Source: Candidatus Latescibacterota bacterium (GTDB lineage: Bacteria; Latescibacterota; CBDEFO01). Taken from it: a stretch of 64,000 nucleotides of DNA. Numbering within the stretch: position 1 is the first letter of the stretch; every line of letters begins with the position of its first letter. The stretch spans positions 1,408,001 to 1,472,000 of the forward strand of contig CBDEFO010000008.1 of assembly GCA_965237525.1 (NCBI GenBank), read 5' to 3'. Shown here piece by piece: positions 40,163-52,419 of the stretch. The position numbers and the translations under genes were made by a program. The notes under the pieces are model-generated. The model was not told the DNA's origin. It ran no database searches and worked only from the letters and a program-made list of their open reading frames with translations.

Positions 40163-41682
40163 AAGCCTTGTGAAATAGTTATGTCCCAGGCAGCGTCTGA
40201 AGCGCCGATTATGGGTCAAAGAGTAGCATATCGTATCGTTTTGCTGTGGAATAAGCAAAATAGTCTTATCAGAGTTCTGGTCAGCAAGGAACAGGAGCTG
40301 TTTGAAGAACAGGATGCACTGTCTTTGACAGACAGGGCACACATAGACGCTTTCCCCCTTCTTATGAAAGATACAAGCCTCTTGAGATTCTGTACTGTTG
40401 CAACAAGATTCAACTGTTCATTCAGTGAGGCTGGTCCTCTATAACGGGCTCGTCCCATACCGTGTTGTTGCCTGGCTTCAGCAAAGATATGTTCACTGCG
40501 TTTACGGAGTCTCCGGGAGAGTTTGTAGTCAGCTGTTAATGAGATAGACCGTGCATGATTTCTGGCTTTCGCCTCTCGCACTTTTCTATCCCGTTCGGCC
40601 TGAATATGTGCTGGATTTGTCTTGTTTTTCCATGTAGGAATCGGTTCAATCTTCTCATCGGCTCGCAGAGGAATATGGGGTATGATTCCCCGGTCAAGTA
40701 CATCAGCGATAAAATTACCAGAACCGTAACCGGTATCGGCACTAAGTGTCTGAATGTCTTTGGGCATGGTGTATGTTTCAAGGTCATCTACCATCTTAAG
40801 GGCACTTTCGGGCTCTGCTGTCCCTGTCGCCTGCGTGCCCTGAGTCTCAAGGATTACTCTGCTTTTTGTGTCGATCAGATCATGGCCCATAAACGAGAGA
40901 AAAGCCCCTTTGCCCTTCGATTTGCTGTATAAGCGCGCGTCGGGGTCTGTAGTCGAACGGTGTGTTTGGTGTCGTCCACTTTTCACCATGAAAGTCTTTA
41001 TCCTGAGGATGCCCGGACCTACCCTTTGTCTTATCACCTTCAAAACCGATTCCCTTGAGATAATCATCAAGAGAAACAGGGGGTTCTATCGGCTCAATAC
41101 TTTTCACTGAAGCATCAGCTTGTATCTGAGTGCCGTCGACACTAAGGTGTTTACCGCTCACAAGACCGACATCTATGCAACACTGGACTACCTGACGCAT
41201 TATCCGTTCAAACAACCCACTGGATGCCCACTTGTGATTGCGAAGCTTGTTGATCGTGCTCCTATCCGGAACCGCATCATCAAATGTCTGATGACAAAAC
41301 AACCGATATGCCGCATGCATCCCCACTTCCTGACAGAGCCGATTCTCACTCAAATTATACAGATAGCCAATAAGGATCATTCGAACAACTAATTCAGGAT
41401 CAATACCGGGTCTGCCATTGTCAGGGCAATAACAATCTGATACAACGTCTCGTACAAATGAAAAATCAACTGCCTCATCAATCTGACGAAGGATATGATC
41501 CTCGGGAACTAAATCCTCCATCTGAAAATAGTGAAACATCGGATTTGTCTGTTCCTGCTTTTGTGGGGTCATTGTTTCCTCCATGTATAATATTATCAAT
41601 AACATAATATAACACATCGGAGCTGCTTTATCAATGCTTGTTCTATACTACTTTCTGAATCTAAGGGTTTTTCACAAGGCTT
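40163..41682 (-). mobile_element. IS1182-family element, copy 1 (transposase frameshifted by an extra G at 40971)
   Basis: AAGCCTTGTGAAA TIRs; near-identical to copies 2 and 3; split ORFs 40880-41617 and 40216-41070. Confidence 0.93.
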
Positions 41683-41713
41683 CTAATATACCGCCAATTT
41701 GCGGGGTGATAGA

Positions 41714-44700
41714 ATGTTAGGACAGATATTTACAAAGGTTTTCGGCAGTAGGCACATAAGGGACGCCAAGAAGATGATGCCCATTGTGGAGGAGATAAAT
41801 GCCTTCTACGAGGAGTATCACGGCCTCTCTGACGAAGAGCTGAGGGCAAAGACCGACGATTTTAAGGACAGGATAGGGGAAAGACTCCAGGAGGTAGAGG
41901 CACAGCTTGAGGAGTTGAGGGAGGAGTTCAAAAGGGAGGAGGATCACGATCTAAAGGGTCCTCTGATGGACCAGATCAAAGAGTTCGAGGAGGAGCGAAA
42001 AAGGGAGACGAACGCTGTTTTAGACGAGATCCTGCCTGAGGCGTTCGCGGTTGTCAAAGAAGTTTGTCGCAGGTTCGTGGGAAGGCAATGGGATGTCTGC
42101 GGCCAGACGATAACGTGGAACGATGTCCCCTACGACGTGCAATTGATAGGCGCGTTCGTCCTCCATCAGGGCAAGGTAGCTGAGATGGCCACAGGCGAGG
42201 GAAAGACGTTAGTGGCTACGATGCCGCTCTATCTGAACGCCCTTTCGGGAAGGGGCGCCCACCTTGTGACGCCCAACGATTATCTGGCTCGAAGGGACGC
42301 CTCGTGGATGGGTCCCATCTACGATTTCTTAGGTCTTACGCTGGGCGTGATTCAGGACAAGGGGGACTATACGCAGCCAGATTCGTTTATTTTTGTGAAA
42401 AAGGGAGACGACTACGCCCTCGAACCTTCTGAACGCAAAGCGGTCTATCTAGCTGACATCACCTATGGAAATAACAACGAATTCGGGTTCGACTATTTAA
42501 GGGACAACATATCCACCAGCACGGAGGACATAGTTCAAAAGGATTACAACTATGCTATCGTGGACGAAGTCGACAGCATCTTAATAGATGAAGCCAGAAC
42601 GCCTCATATTATGTCGGGGCCTGTTCCCGAATCGACCCAAAGATACAGCGAGCTTAAACCCCTGATTCAAAAGCTTGTGAACAGCCAGACGAGGCTTGTG
42701 AACAGTTTGCTGGCTGAGGCGGAGAGCATGTTGAAAAACGGCGATGACGATTACGAAGTCGGGATCAAACTACTGCAGGTCCAAAGGGGGAGCCCCCGAA
42801 ACAAAAGGTTTATGAAGCTGATCCAGGGAGAGGGGATAAAGAAGTTAATAAATCGTGTGGAAGCTGACTTTATGCGAGATAAAAAGATGGGGGAGATAGA
42901 TGAGGACTTGTTCTACAGCATAGATGAAAAGGGACATACGATAGACCTTACGGATCAGGGGAGGTCGTCACTCCTTCCTGAGGAACAGGATATGTTAGTG
43001 CTCCCAGACTTGAGCGAAAATCTCAAAGAGATAGAGAACGACGACTCTCTGTCCGAGGATGAAAAGGTGCAAAAGCAGGATGAAGCTCACAGGGCTTATG
43101 CTCTAAGAAGCGAGACTATTCACAACATAAGTCAGCTTTTAAGGGCATATTCGCTCTTTGAAAGGGACGTTGAGTACGTGGTTCAGGAGGGACACGTTAT
43201 TATTGTGGACGAATTTACGGGGAGGCTTCAGCCCGGACGGAGATTTTCAGACGGTCTGCATCAGGCTCTGGAGGCAAGGGAGAACGTCAAGATAGAAAGA
43301 GAGACCCAGACGATAGCGAGCATTACTCTCCAGAACTACTTCAGACGACTCTACGACAAGCTGGCAGGGATGACAGGAACAGCGGAGACGGAGGCTAATG
43401 AGTTCTTCGACATCTACAAATTAGACGTGGCGGTCATCCCGACCAACGAGCCAGTCAGAAGGATAGATTACGATGACGTTATATACAGGACCAAGAGGGA
43501 AAAGTACAACGCTATCATAGATGAAATCGCCACTATGCACCAGAACAATCTTCCGGTCCTGGTCGGGACTATTTCGGTGGAAGTGTCCGAGACTTTAAGC
43601 CGTATGCTCAGGCGAAGGGGGATACCTCATTCCGTGTTGAACGCCAAGTATCATCAGAAAGAGGCTGAAATCGTGGCCAAGGCGGGTGAACCGGGGTCTA
43701 TTACTATCGCCACGAATATGGCCGGAAGAGGGACGGATATAAAGTTAGGACTGAGGGTTGTAAAGTGCGACAAGTGTCTTGTGGGTTCAGGGCTCCCCGG
43801 ATCTACTCCTACAGCCGACGGCCTTACGCTATCTGACTGCGAAGCCGAGGTTCCGTGCGGCCTTCAGATTATAGGTACAGAAAGGCACGATGCCAGGAGG
43901 ATCGACAGACAGCTGAGAGGCAGGAGCGGAAGACAGGGCGATCCGGGGGCATCCAGATTCTTTCTGTCCTTAGAGGACGACCTGATGAGGCTCTTCGGCT
44001 CTGAAAGGATAGCTTCAATTATGGACAGATTGGGCGCCGAAGAAAATGAGGTAATAGAGCACTCTTTAGTTACCAAATCTATCAGCAACGCTCAGAAGAA
44101 GGTGGAGAACAGGAACTTCGAGATGAGGAAGCACGTTCTGGAGTACGACGACGTGATGAATCAACAGCGTGAGGTGATCTACGATAGGAGGAGGGACGCA
44201 TTAGAAAAAGAGGACGTAGTGAAACATATCGTCGAGATGATAGATCAGACGGTGGAATCTTTAGTGGAGGCTCACACAGACAACAGGTCCTACCCTGAAG
44301 AGTGGGATTGGGACGGATTGAAGATGGATTTGAGAAATATCTTCTTGATCGAGCTTCCCACGGACCAAGAGGAGATGCCAGGTCTCAAGCAAGAGGACCT
44401 GAGGGAGAGGATAAAATCCGAGGTGATGCAGGTTTACAGAAGGCGAGAGGAGAAAATCGGTTCGGAACGCTTACGACAGATAGAAAAGATGGTGCTTTTG
44501 GGCGTTATAGACGACAAATGGAGAGAGCACCTTTACGAGATAGATAGTCTCAAAGAGGGGATCGGCCTGAGAGCCTACGGTCAGAAAGACCCTCTGGTCG
44601 AGTACAAAACCGAAGCGTTCCATATGTTCGTCGATCTTTTGGATGGCATCAACACGGAGACTCTGAAGTTCCTGTTCAGAACGCCTATTGAGGAGAGGTC

Positions 44701-44962
44701 CCCCATGGATTCAATCGGGGATCCGAGGATGAGAAGGAGGAGGGCGCCTGAGGGGATCAGACTGATGCACGAAGATGCAACGGGAATGGGCTTTGATGTG
44801 GGGCCTGATGAATCTGAGATCGTAGAACAAAGGGGCGGCGCGCCAGTAAGGGAAAAGGCCGTCAAGCAGGTGGTCAGAGCTGGTCCCAAGGTGGGAAGGA
44901 ACGATCCCTGTATCTGCGGCAGCGGAAAAAAATACAAAAAGTGCTGTGGCAGAAAAGCCTGA
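41714..44962 (+). CDS. secA: Preprotein translocase ATPase SecA
   Basis: EMATGEGKT, DEVDSILIDEARTP, ATNMAGRGTDIKL, QLRGRSGRQGDPG, SEC-C tail. Confidence 0.98.
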   Translation: MLGQIFTKVFGSRHIRDAKKMMPIVEEINAFYEEYHGLSDEELRAKTDDFKDRIGERLQEVEAQLEELREEFKREEDHDLKGPLMDQIKEFEEERKRETNAVLDEILPEAFAVVKEVCRRFVGRQWDVCGQTITWNDVPYDVQLIGAFVLHQGKVAEMATGEGKTLVATMPLYLNALSGRGAHLVTPNDYLARRDASWMGPIYDFLGLTLGVIQDKGDYTQPDSFIFVKKGDDYALEPSERKAVYLADITYGNNNEFGFDYLRDNISTSTEDIVQKDYNYAIVDEVDSILIDEARTPHIMSGPVPESTQRYSELKPLIQKLVNSQTRLVNSLLAEAESMLKNGDDDYEVGIKLLQVQRGSPRNKRFMKLIQGEGIKKLINRVEADFMRDKKMGEIDEDLFYSIDEKGHTIDLTDQGRSSLLPEEQDMLVLPDLSENLKEIENDDSLSEDEKVQKQDEAHRAYALRSETIHNISQLLRAYSLFERDVEYVVQEGHVIIVDEFTGRLQPGRRFSDGLHQALEARENVKIERETQTIASITLQNYFRRLYDKLAGMTGTAETEANEFFDIYKLDVAVIPTNEPVRRIDYDDVIYRTKREKYNAIIDEIATMHQNNLPVLVGTISVEVSETLSRMLRRRGIPHSVLNAKYHQKEAEIVAKAGEPGSITIATNMAGRGTDIKLGLRVVKCDKCLVGSGLPGSTPTADGLTLSDCEAEVPCGLQIIGTERHDARRIDRQLRGRSGRQGDPGASRFFLSLEDDLMRLFGSERIASIMDRLGAEENEVIEHSLVTKSISNAQKKVENRNFEMRKHVLEYDDVMNQQREVIYDRRRDALEKEDVVKHIVEMIDQTVESLVEAHTDNRSYPEEWDWDGLKMDLRNIFLIELPTDQEEMPGLKQEDLRERIKSEVMQVYRRREEKIGSERLRQIEKMVLLGVIDDKWREHLYEIDSLKEGIGLRAYGQKDPLVEYKTEAFHMFVDLLDGINTETLKFLFRTPIEERSPMDSIGDPRMRRRRAPEGIRLMHEDATGMGFDVGPDESEIVEQRGGAPVREKAVKQVVRAGPKVGRNDPCICGSGKKYKKCCGRKA

Positions 44963-45049
44963 GGATGTAGAGCCTGATGTGAAGATCGCAACTGTGTGCC
45001 TTCCGCACTGCGCAAACACAGAAATCGCTATGTTCCATAGCTGGAATAA

Positions 45050-45682
45050 TTGAAGAAAGGAGATGGGAAGAGAATGGCAATGATGAAGTGTTTGATTTGT
45101 GTTTCAACAGTATGCATAATCTTCTTTGCACTCATAATAGGATGCAGTAATCCCTTTAGCCCTAAGCCGAAGCGACCTCCCGACATACCTGTCGAAGTCG
45201 ACATAGTAGATGTCATTCCAGATGCCACAACGCCTGAGATTTTCCTTGAGAATCTGGATTTCGCTATGGATCATAAAGACATTGGAGTGTATGAAGACCT
45301 GCTCGATGAAAGGTATTGGTGGACAGAACCGAACCAAACGGATAGTCTGGATTTCGCCTGGGGAAAGGATCGGGATATTGAGGTTGTGAAACGCATCTTT
45401 GAGGAGTTCGCGATCTTTGATTTCGACTTTACTCAGGCTGTGGGCACACGAGGGAGATTCACAGAGGAGAAGGGAACTGAGCTTCCACAATTTGAGGGCG
45501 ATCCTAACGCTCATACTGACGAGGATTGGGAGGTGCTATTCGGTCCTGTGAATATGTTTATGGTGGATGAAACACGGGAAAACGGCTTCCGCGTAAGCCA
45601 GAATATGACCTTTAAGCTGAGGCAGAACGAGAAGGGCCTGTGGAAGATAGTCCGTTGGATCGATGATCCCATCCTCCAGTAG
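45050..45682 (+). CDS. Lipoprotein, possibly NTF2-like fold
   Basis: IIGC lipobox, SNPFSP, WKIVRWID end; start uncertain. Confidence 0.7.
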   Translation: MKKGDGKRMAMMKCLICVSTVCIIFFALIIGCSNPFSPKPKRPPDIPVEVDIVDVIPDATTPEIFLENLDFAMDHKDIGVYEDLLDERYWWTEPNQTDSLDFAWGKDRDIEVVKRIFEEFAIFDFDFTQAVGTRGRFTEEKGTELPQFEGDPNAHTDEDWEVLFGPVNMFMVDETRENGFRVSQNMTFKLRQNEKGLWKIVRWIDDPILQ

Positions 45683-45929
45683 AGAATTGCTATTGCAAAG
45701 TGACCTATGGCAAGAAAGTATTGAAGCCTTTCTTCCTTATATTCTTAATTTATATGGACAGGAGTAGAAGCCGCACACTGAGCACTCAGAGCTTGGCCAA
45801 GGGGAAAAGGTAGCTCAAACGTCTAAAATGAACTTAAGTTATCCTTTCCAGTATTCTGGGGGTATGTTAGCTTGCAGGCCAAAGATTTAGTACTACAAGA
45901 GTGCACACTTTATCCAAAGTGTAAATTCA

Positions 45930-46198
45930 GAGCCACTTCCGAGGAAGTTGACGGCTCCTTTGCCGTAAAAGATCTGTTCTCCTCCAAATATCTCCATATA
46001 TACTTTATCTTCCACTTTGGAGACCTCATTGATTCTCTTGGCCTTTTGCTAGGACTCTACTGTAGCCTCATCGAGGAACACTTTGTCCTCTGTGCACGAC
46101 TCTACAAAGTGCGCTCTTGGGGCTATTAGTCCTGCGATGTCGTACATCTCGGCTTATCTGTGTATCCCGCGAATCTATTCGTCTACGAGCTTTGAGCA
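45930..46198 (-). pseudogene. C-terminal remnant of an alpha/beta hydrolase
   Basis: One frame reads AEMYDIAGLIAPRAHFVESCTEDKVF..KAKRINEV..MEIFGGEQIFYG with in-frame stops. Confidence 0.6.
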
Positions 46199-46235
46199 TT
46201 TCCGCAGTGGACCCTCCACTTTGACAAAAACCCGC

Positions 46236-46264
46236 TTGACATTGGATACAGGATGATATATATT
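46236..46264 (+). promoter_or_regulatory. sigma70-type promoter
   Basis: TTGACA-N17-TATATT. Confidence 0.6.
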
Positions 46265-46314
46265 GTAAATGTTTTAGCGCATAACTTTTCGGAGAGACAA
46301 CGCAGACTGCTCAA

Positions 46315-46869
46315 ATGGCGACGACTCCAAGTGAGTTATCAGTAGATGGGTTCGGCAAATTAGCTGAGCAGAAAAAGCGTAGGCCTGGGGGACAGATGCG
46401 TTCAAGAACTGGGATCTTACCAGAAAAGTTCTTTGGATACTCTTGGGGATTCCCTTTCGATGTTGATGTTCCATCTGAACGCTTTTTGGGACAAGTTACT
46501 ATGGGTAAGAAGAATGAAAAATTGATATTCCACTCGTACTCTCCGCAACAGATCCAAGCTATATCGGACGCCAGACAGTCTCAGGATAAGCCTTGTTGTA
46601 TAGCAGATCTGATAAGCGATGGGATGGACCCCATAATGTGGGCTCGGCTTGAGGAAATCATGGAGCTGTTCCTTGATGAAAAAGATCTTCAGGTGGTCGG
46701 GCTATTCTTGGAGGGATTGTCCTTTAGGAAGATCGGGGACGTGATGGGTATCTCAAGGAAGGCCGCAAGTTCCCGATATAAGAAAGTTGTAAGACTGCTC
46801 CGACACGGCCCTGAAAGACGTGCATCGGTGTCCGCTCAGCACGAATTTACCTCAGTTTCTGCACCTTAA
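46315..46869 (+). CDS. Protein with a C-terminal sigma70 region 4-like HTH
   Basis: LDEKDLQVVGLFLEGLSFRKIGDVMGISRKAASSRY; start uncertain. Confidence 0.55.
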   Translation: MATTPSELSVDGFGKLAEQKKRRPGGQMRSRTGILPEKFFGYSWGFPFDVDVPSERFLGQVTMGKKNEKLIFHSYSPQQIQAISDARQSQDKPCCIADLISDGMDPIMWARLEEIMELFLDEKDLQVVGLFLEGLSFRKIGDVMGISRKAASSRYKKVVRLLRHGPERRASVSAQHEFTSVSAP

Positions 46870-46881
46870 ATCCGCTCAAGG

Positions 46882-48270
46882 TCAAGGTATCGTCCCTTCC
46901 TTCTTCAGCATACCTATTGACGCATCGAACGCTTCAGCAGTCGTTTCTATATCTTCCTCAGAGTGAACGGAAGACGTCAACCCCTTGAGACCACCCAAAT
47001 CTATCCCATTTAGACGCATCGCGCTCCCGAATCTTTGGCTAAGTTCAGGTGGACCGCCTTTCTTCAACCTCTCTATATCGTACTGCCAGGCCTTCATCTC
47101 TCCTGAGCGCAGCTTGTAGGCGTCTTCGTACATAAGCAGCATGAAGCCCGAAAAATGCCTGTAGGTGTGCCAGGTTAGCCCGTGCTTTAAAATAATCTCG
47201 TTAAACAGGTCGGTCAGATACGCCCCCAACTTATTAGCCTTTTCTATCTCCTCTCCGGATTTTACCTCCCTTAGTGTGGCTATACCGGCGACAGCAGAGA
47301 GCGGATTGGCGTTGAACGTCCCCGGATGGTGCATCTTTTTGTGATCGTTCCATCTTGAATCTTCCTTGAATTGTAAGATCTCCATTATATCAGCCCTTCC
47401 TGCCACTGCGCCCACCGGTAGTCCTCCCGCCAGGATCTTGGCAAGGGTTGTGATGTCGGGGCATATATCGTAATATTCCTGCGCTCCCCCTGGAGAGCAT
47501 CTGAACCCCGTTATCACCTCGTCGAAGATCAGAAGGCAGTTGTATCTTTTTGTTACTGCCCTTAAGTCGTTGAGGAAGCCCTCCTTAGTAGGTATAACCC
47601 CGAAGTTCGCCCCTGAAGGCTCGAGTATCACTGCAGATATATCGTTGTCCTTTTTCAGTGCTTCCTCGACTGCATCTATATCGTTAGGCAGACAGATGAC
47701 AGCACTTTGGAAGACCTCATCCAAAAGACCGTTCGGGATATGCCCGTCGAAGGGGGGATATGTCTCCACTATCACACTGTCGTGCCATCCGTGGAAATGT
47801 CCCCTAAACTTTATGAACTTTCTCTTTCCAGTAAACGCCCTTGCCAGCCTCAGCGCCATAAGCGTGGCCTCGGTACCTGAGCTTGTAAACCTGATCCTGT
47901 CCATTCTTGGCAAAAGCTCCAGTACGAGCTCCGCCCATTCTATCTCCAGTTCGTGACATGCTCCGTAGTGAGTTCCCCTTTCTATTTGTCTTTTAAGTGC
48001 CTCCACAACCTTCGGGTGACAGTGTCCCAGAATCAAAGCTCCGTGCCCCATCCAATAATCTATGTACTCTCTTCCGTTTTTGTCCCACTTTTTCGATCCC
48101 TGACACCTGTCTATGTAGATGGGAAAGGGTTCATAATACCTATTGTCGTGGGTGACGCCGTTCGGAAATAGAGACAAAGCCCTGTCGTGTGCCCTCTTGT
48201 AATCGGCAAATGCTCTTTGATATTCCTCTTCGATGTCGAAACGCAGGCTCTCCTTGATCACCCGGGACAT
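46882..48270 (-). CDS. Class III aminotransferase (glutamate-1-semialdehyde aminomutase-like)
   Basis: SSGTEAT, FHGWHD, LIFDEVITGFR, LAKILAGGLP, GTFNANP. Confidence 0.92.
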   Translation of the reverse strand: MSRVIKESLRFDIEEEYQRAFADYKRAHDRALSLFPNGVTHDNRYYEPFPIYIDRCQGSKKWDKNGREYIDYWMGHGALILGHCHPKVVEALKRQIERGTHYGACHELEIEWAELVLELLPRMDRIRFTSSGTEATLMALRLARAFTGKRKFIKFRGHFHGWHDSVIVETYPPFDGHIPNGLLDEVFQSAVICLPNDIDAVEEALKKDNDISAVILEPSGANFGVIPTKEGFLNDLRAVTKRYNCLLIFDEVITGFRCSPGGAQEYYDICPDITTLAKILAGGLPVGAVAGRADIMEILQFKEDSRWNDHKKMHHPGTFNANPLSAVAGIATLREVKSGEEIEKANKLGAYLTDLFNEIILKHGLTWHTYRHFSGFMLLMYEDAYKLRSGEMKAWQYDIERLKKGGPPELSQRFGSAMRLNGIDLGGLKGLTSSVHSEEDIETTAEAFDASIGMLKKEGTIP

Positions 48271-48530
48271 CTGAATCTCCTTGTGTCTAACGTTCTTTTA
48301 TCTATCGTCAATTAGTCTTTAACCATCCTGCAAACATAAAAATAGTAGCCCAACTGATAGTATTTGTCAAGGCTTTTGTTTGAAGATGCGATGGTTGTTT
48401 CTATTTCAAAGATGAAGCCATTACAGATAGCTATGAGTATAAACCTTCAGGAAATCTTGATACTAAGGTTTTCCGGTCGTCATCCACGATCTTTTTATCC
48501 CCAATTTTATCAAACTTACAGCAAAAAGCT

Positions 48531-48559
48531 GTTGACTTTTATCCATATATTGGTTATAC
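48531..48559 (+). promoter_or_regulatory. sigma70-type promoter upstream of the sigma factor gene
   Basis: TTGACT-N17-TATACT. Confidence 0.6.
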
Positions 48560-48604
48560 TATTATATAAATATGCAGGCTGTTTGAGACATTCAGGAGCT
48601 AAGG

Positions 48605-48645
48605 ACGCTGCCATGCGCAAACGTAGCTGCAGCGTTTTTTATTTC
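48605..48645 (+). terminator. Terminator-like hairpin in the sigma gene leader
   Basis: ACGCTGC...GCAGCGT followed by a T-run. Confidence 0.5.
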
Positions 48646-48682
48646 CAGAATTCCTGATTGGGCTGCTATTTTTGGCAAGTAG

Positions 48683-48709
48683 GGAACCTTATGGACGGTT
48701 TGGGGTCTA
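48683..48709 (+). promoter_or_regulatory. ECF (RpoE-like) promoter
   Basis: GGAACC-N16-GTCTA. Confidence 0.5.
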
Positions 48710-48803
48710 GTAATGTGAGCAAACTTTGAAACGGATTATGATCTGTTCAAGGGCAAAATTACACTTCTAAATTAGCTTTGGTTAACTAAGGAGGTAAAAG
48801 AGT

Positions 48804-50400
<1,597 letters not shown>

Positions 50401-50480
50401 GCGGAAACTGTCTGACGACTCGAGAAGGTACGTAGAAGACGTTGGTTTTCCTCTCACCAGATATATTCCCACAGATCTGT

Positions 50481-52211
50481 TCATAAGCGCCTCAGCTTGA
50501 TCCTAACGGTCCTGTTTCGGGGCACAGATTCCAATTGGAGCCTGAGGGCATCGTTTGCCTCTTTATGGTTACAGCCGTCAACTTCTATCTTAATACTATC
50601 GAGGTCAACGACAGGCTCTATAGTTATGGTAATATGCGGGATTTCTCTTTCGGATTCGAGGAAAAATTCTAACGTTTTTCCCTTTCGTTGTTGTTGAATT
50701 ATCCTCAACGATTCTCTATCCCTCCACCAATCGGCTATCCCCTTTCCAGTGGCGCAATAGGCGTCACTCTCCTGTATCAGCATGAGAGTGTGTTCATAGA
50801 GCGGTTCTATATATGGAAATTCGCTTTTGTCGAGACTGTTTTGGTGCACAAGGAAAGTGAAGAGCCCGCCATTTTTCTCCGCCTTTTGGAGCAGGCTTTG
50901 GGTCGCCTCGAAGGCGTCTTGGGCAGTGTAGCCCTTATATCCTGTAAGGGTCGAGTCCATAAGGCTGAGCGGTATCTCCAGAAAATCCATTTGTTGTTCC
51001 TGGGTGTGGTCGAACGGGTGGAGTGGGAAAGATGTTCCCGCTCTAAATCCCTCACAATCTGCATATCCTAATGTGGCGTCGTACTGAAATCCGGCGATCT
51101 TTTGGCTCTTTAGCGTGGTGTCGTAGTCCAGTCTGAGGTAGTGCTGCCTGACTCCAGAGATCTCTCCTTTTGATATCCCCTCGAGCATCTTCTTGTCGGA
51201 TTTGAGTTGAGATACGTCCCTGTAGGATGTCATACCCCCATGGAGCCCGATTTCGCATCCTCGCTTTTTGAGCTTTTTTATTAGCTCCTGTACATCTCTG
51301 CGATTGATATAGTACGAGGGGTCGGATTTGACTCTCCTTTTGACTCCGAAGTAGAAGGAGGATTTAACACCGGCCCTTTCTTCCATCTGCAGGAGTCGGT
51401 CGAACGTCCAGTACGGGTCTTTATCGCTGAGCACGGATAGAGCTAACTCTTTTAACTTCAAAGGATCTCTTCCACTTCTTATCGTCTCGTACCCGATCCT
51501 TTTGGGGGTCCACTTTCTTATGCGGTCAACATCGTGCGAAAAAAAGGCAGCAAACGGTTTCCCCCGAGGCCAGGCACATTTTCGGATTAGAATCTTGCCT
51601 GTGACGCGACAGCATTCGATTATAACGTTTATGAGCGCCTGCGCGTGTTCGTCTATCACCGCGCGATCGAGCAGTCCCGATCTTCCGAGGAGACTCTGGC
51701 TACTTGGAAATCTATTCCATTTATCGCGTTCTGCGTTGCGCTGTTCTTCGATTCGGGATAGATGGAAGAACGTATTGGCAAAGAGGTCGAAGTTGAAGAC
51801 GCATAATGCTCCGGAGCCTATCTTTTCTATCGTGGCGGGCTGGTTCGACCGCTGCATGTGGGAAGTATCATTTTGAGCTTTTACATCGCCCCAAAATGGG
51901 ACGTTCTCCTCGGTCTTCAAATCTTTAAAATAGCTAAGAGATGTCTCAATCCCTTCAAATTCTTCTCGCCCCCATTCAGGACCATATAGATACGAACAGC
52001 AGGGTATATGGATAAGAAGTGTCCCGCCTCGGCACATCTTCGTATATTCGTCGGAGAACGTCGAACCGTAGTGTATCACCGCATTTTCATCGCCATCTAT
52101 ATGAGATGTGAATCTGAAGCTTAATCCGGCGATAGAAAACAGGGAAGAAATAGCATATTCTGCTCTCTTTTTAAGGGCGTCTTCTATCTGTGTAAGGCAG
52201 TGAAGTATCAT
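50481..52211 (-). CDS. Polysaccharide deacetylase family protein
   Basis: FFHLSRIEE, SHDVD, EIGLHG, RQHYLR, YDATLGY, GFRAGTSFP, LSLMD. Confidence 0.85.
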   Translation of the reverse strand: MILHCLTQIEDALKKRAEYAISSLFSIAGLSFRFTSHIDGDENAVIHYGSTFSDEYTKMCRGGTLLIHIPCCSYLYGPEWGREEFEGIETSLSYFKDLKTEENVPFWGDVKAQNDTSHMQRSNQPATIEKIGSGALCVFNFDLFANTFFHLSRIEEQRNAERDKWNRFPSSQSLLGRSGLLDRAVIDEHAQALINVIIECCRVTGKILIRKCAWPRGKPFAAFFSHDVDRIRKWTPKRIGYETIRSGRDPLKLKELALSVLSDKDPYWTFDRLLQMEERAGVKSSFYFGVKRRVKSDPSYYINRRDVQELIKKLKKRGCEIGLHGGMTSYRDVSQLKSDKKMLEGISKGEISGVRQHYLRLDYDTTLKSQKIAGFQYDATLGYADCEGFRAGTSFPLHPFDHTQEQQMDFLEIPLSLMDSTLTGYKGYTAQDAFEATQSLLQKAEKNGGLFTFLVHQNSLDKSEFPYIEPLYEHTLMLIQESDAYCATGKGIADWWRDRESLRIIQQQRKGKTLEFFLESEREIPHITITIEPVVDLDSIKIEVDGCNHKEANDALRLQLESVPRNRTVRIKLRRL

Positions 52212-52309
52212 AAAAAATACCCAAAGCGAAAAAGTAAAACCGTTGCGTCTTTCCGCCTTCAAAATAACGACGTTTCCCATCAGGGTCAAGGACAAATATG
52301 GATTTCTCT

Positions 52310-52338
52310 TTGACATAGACGTATCGTATTGTTATATT
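52310..52338 (+). promoter_or_regulatory. sigma70-type promoter of mgtE
   Basis: TTGACA-N17-TATATT. Confidence 0.6.
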
Positions 52339-52419
52339 CTGTCAATTACAAAGCGGTGTTAAGGAATAGCCATAGATGAGATCGCACGGTCACCTGAGTC
52401 GAAAAAGAATTTAAAAGAA

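Noticed and set aside
40880..41070. Programmed frameshift in the IS copy 1 transposase
   Set aside because: Copies 2 and 3 are single ORFs; copy 1 simply has one extra G
46882..48270. Calling this gene hemL
   Set aside because: Divergent GSA-aminomutase-like paralog with no tetrapyrrole gene context
52340..52419. Mg or Mn riboswitch upstream of mgtE
   Set aside because: Leader is short and shows no recognisable M-box or yybP-ykoY motifs
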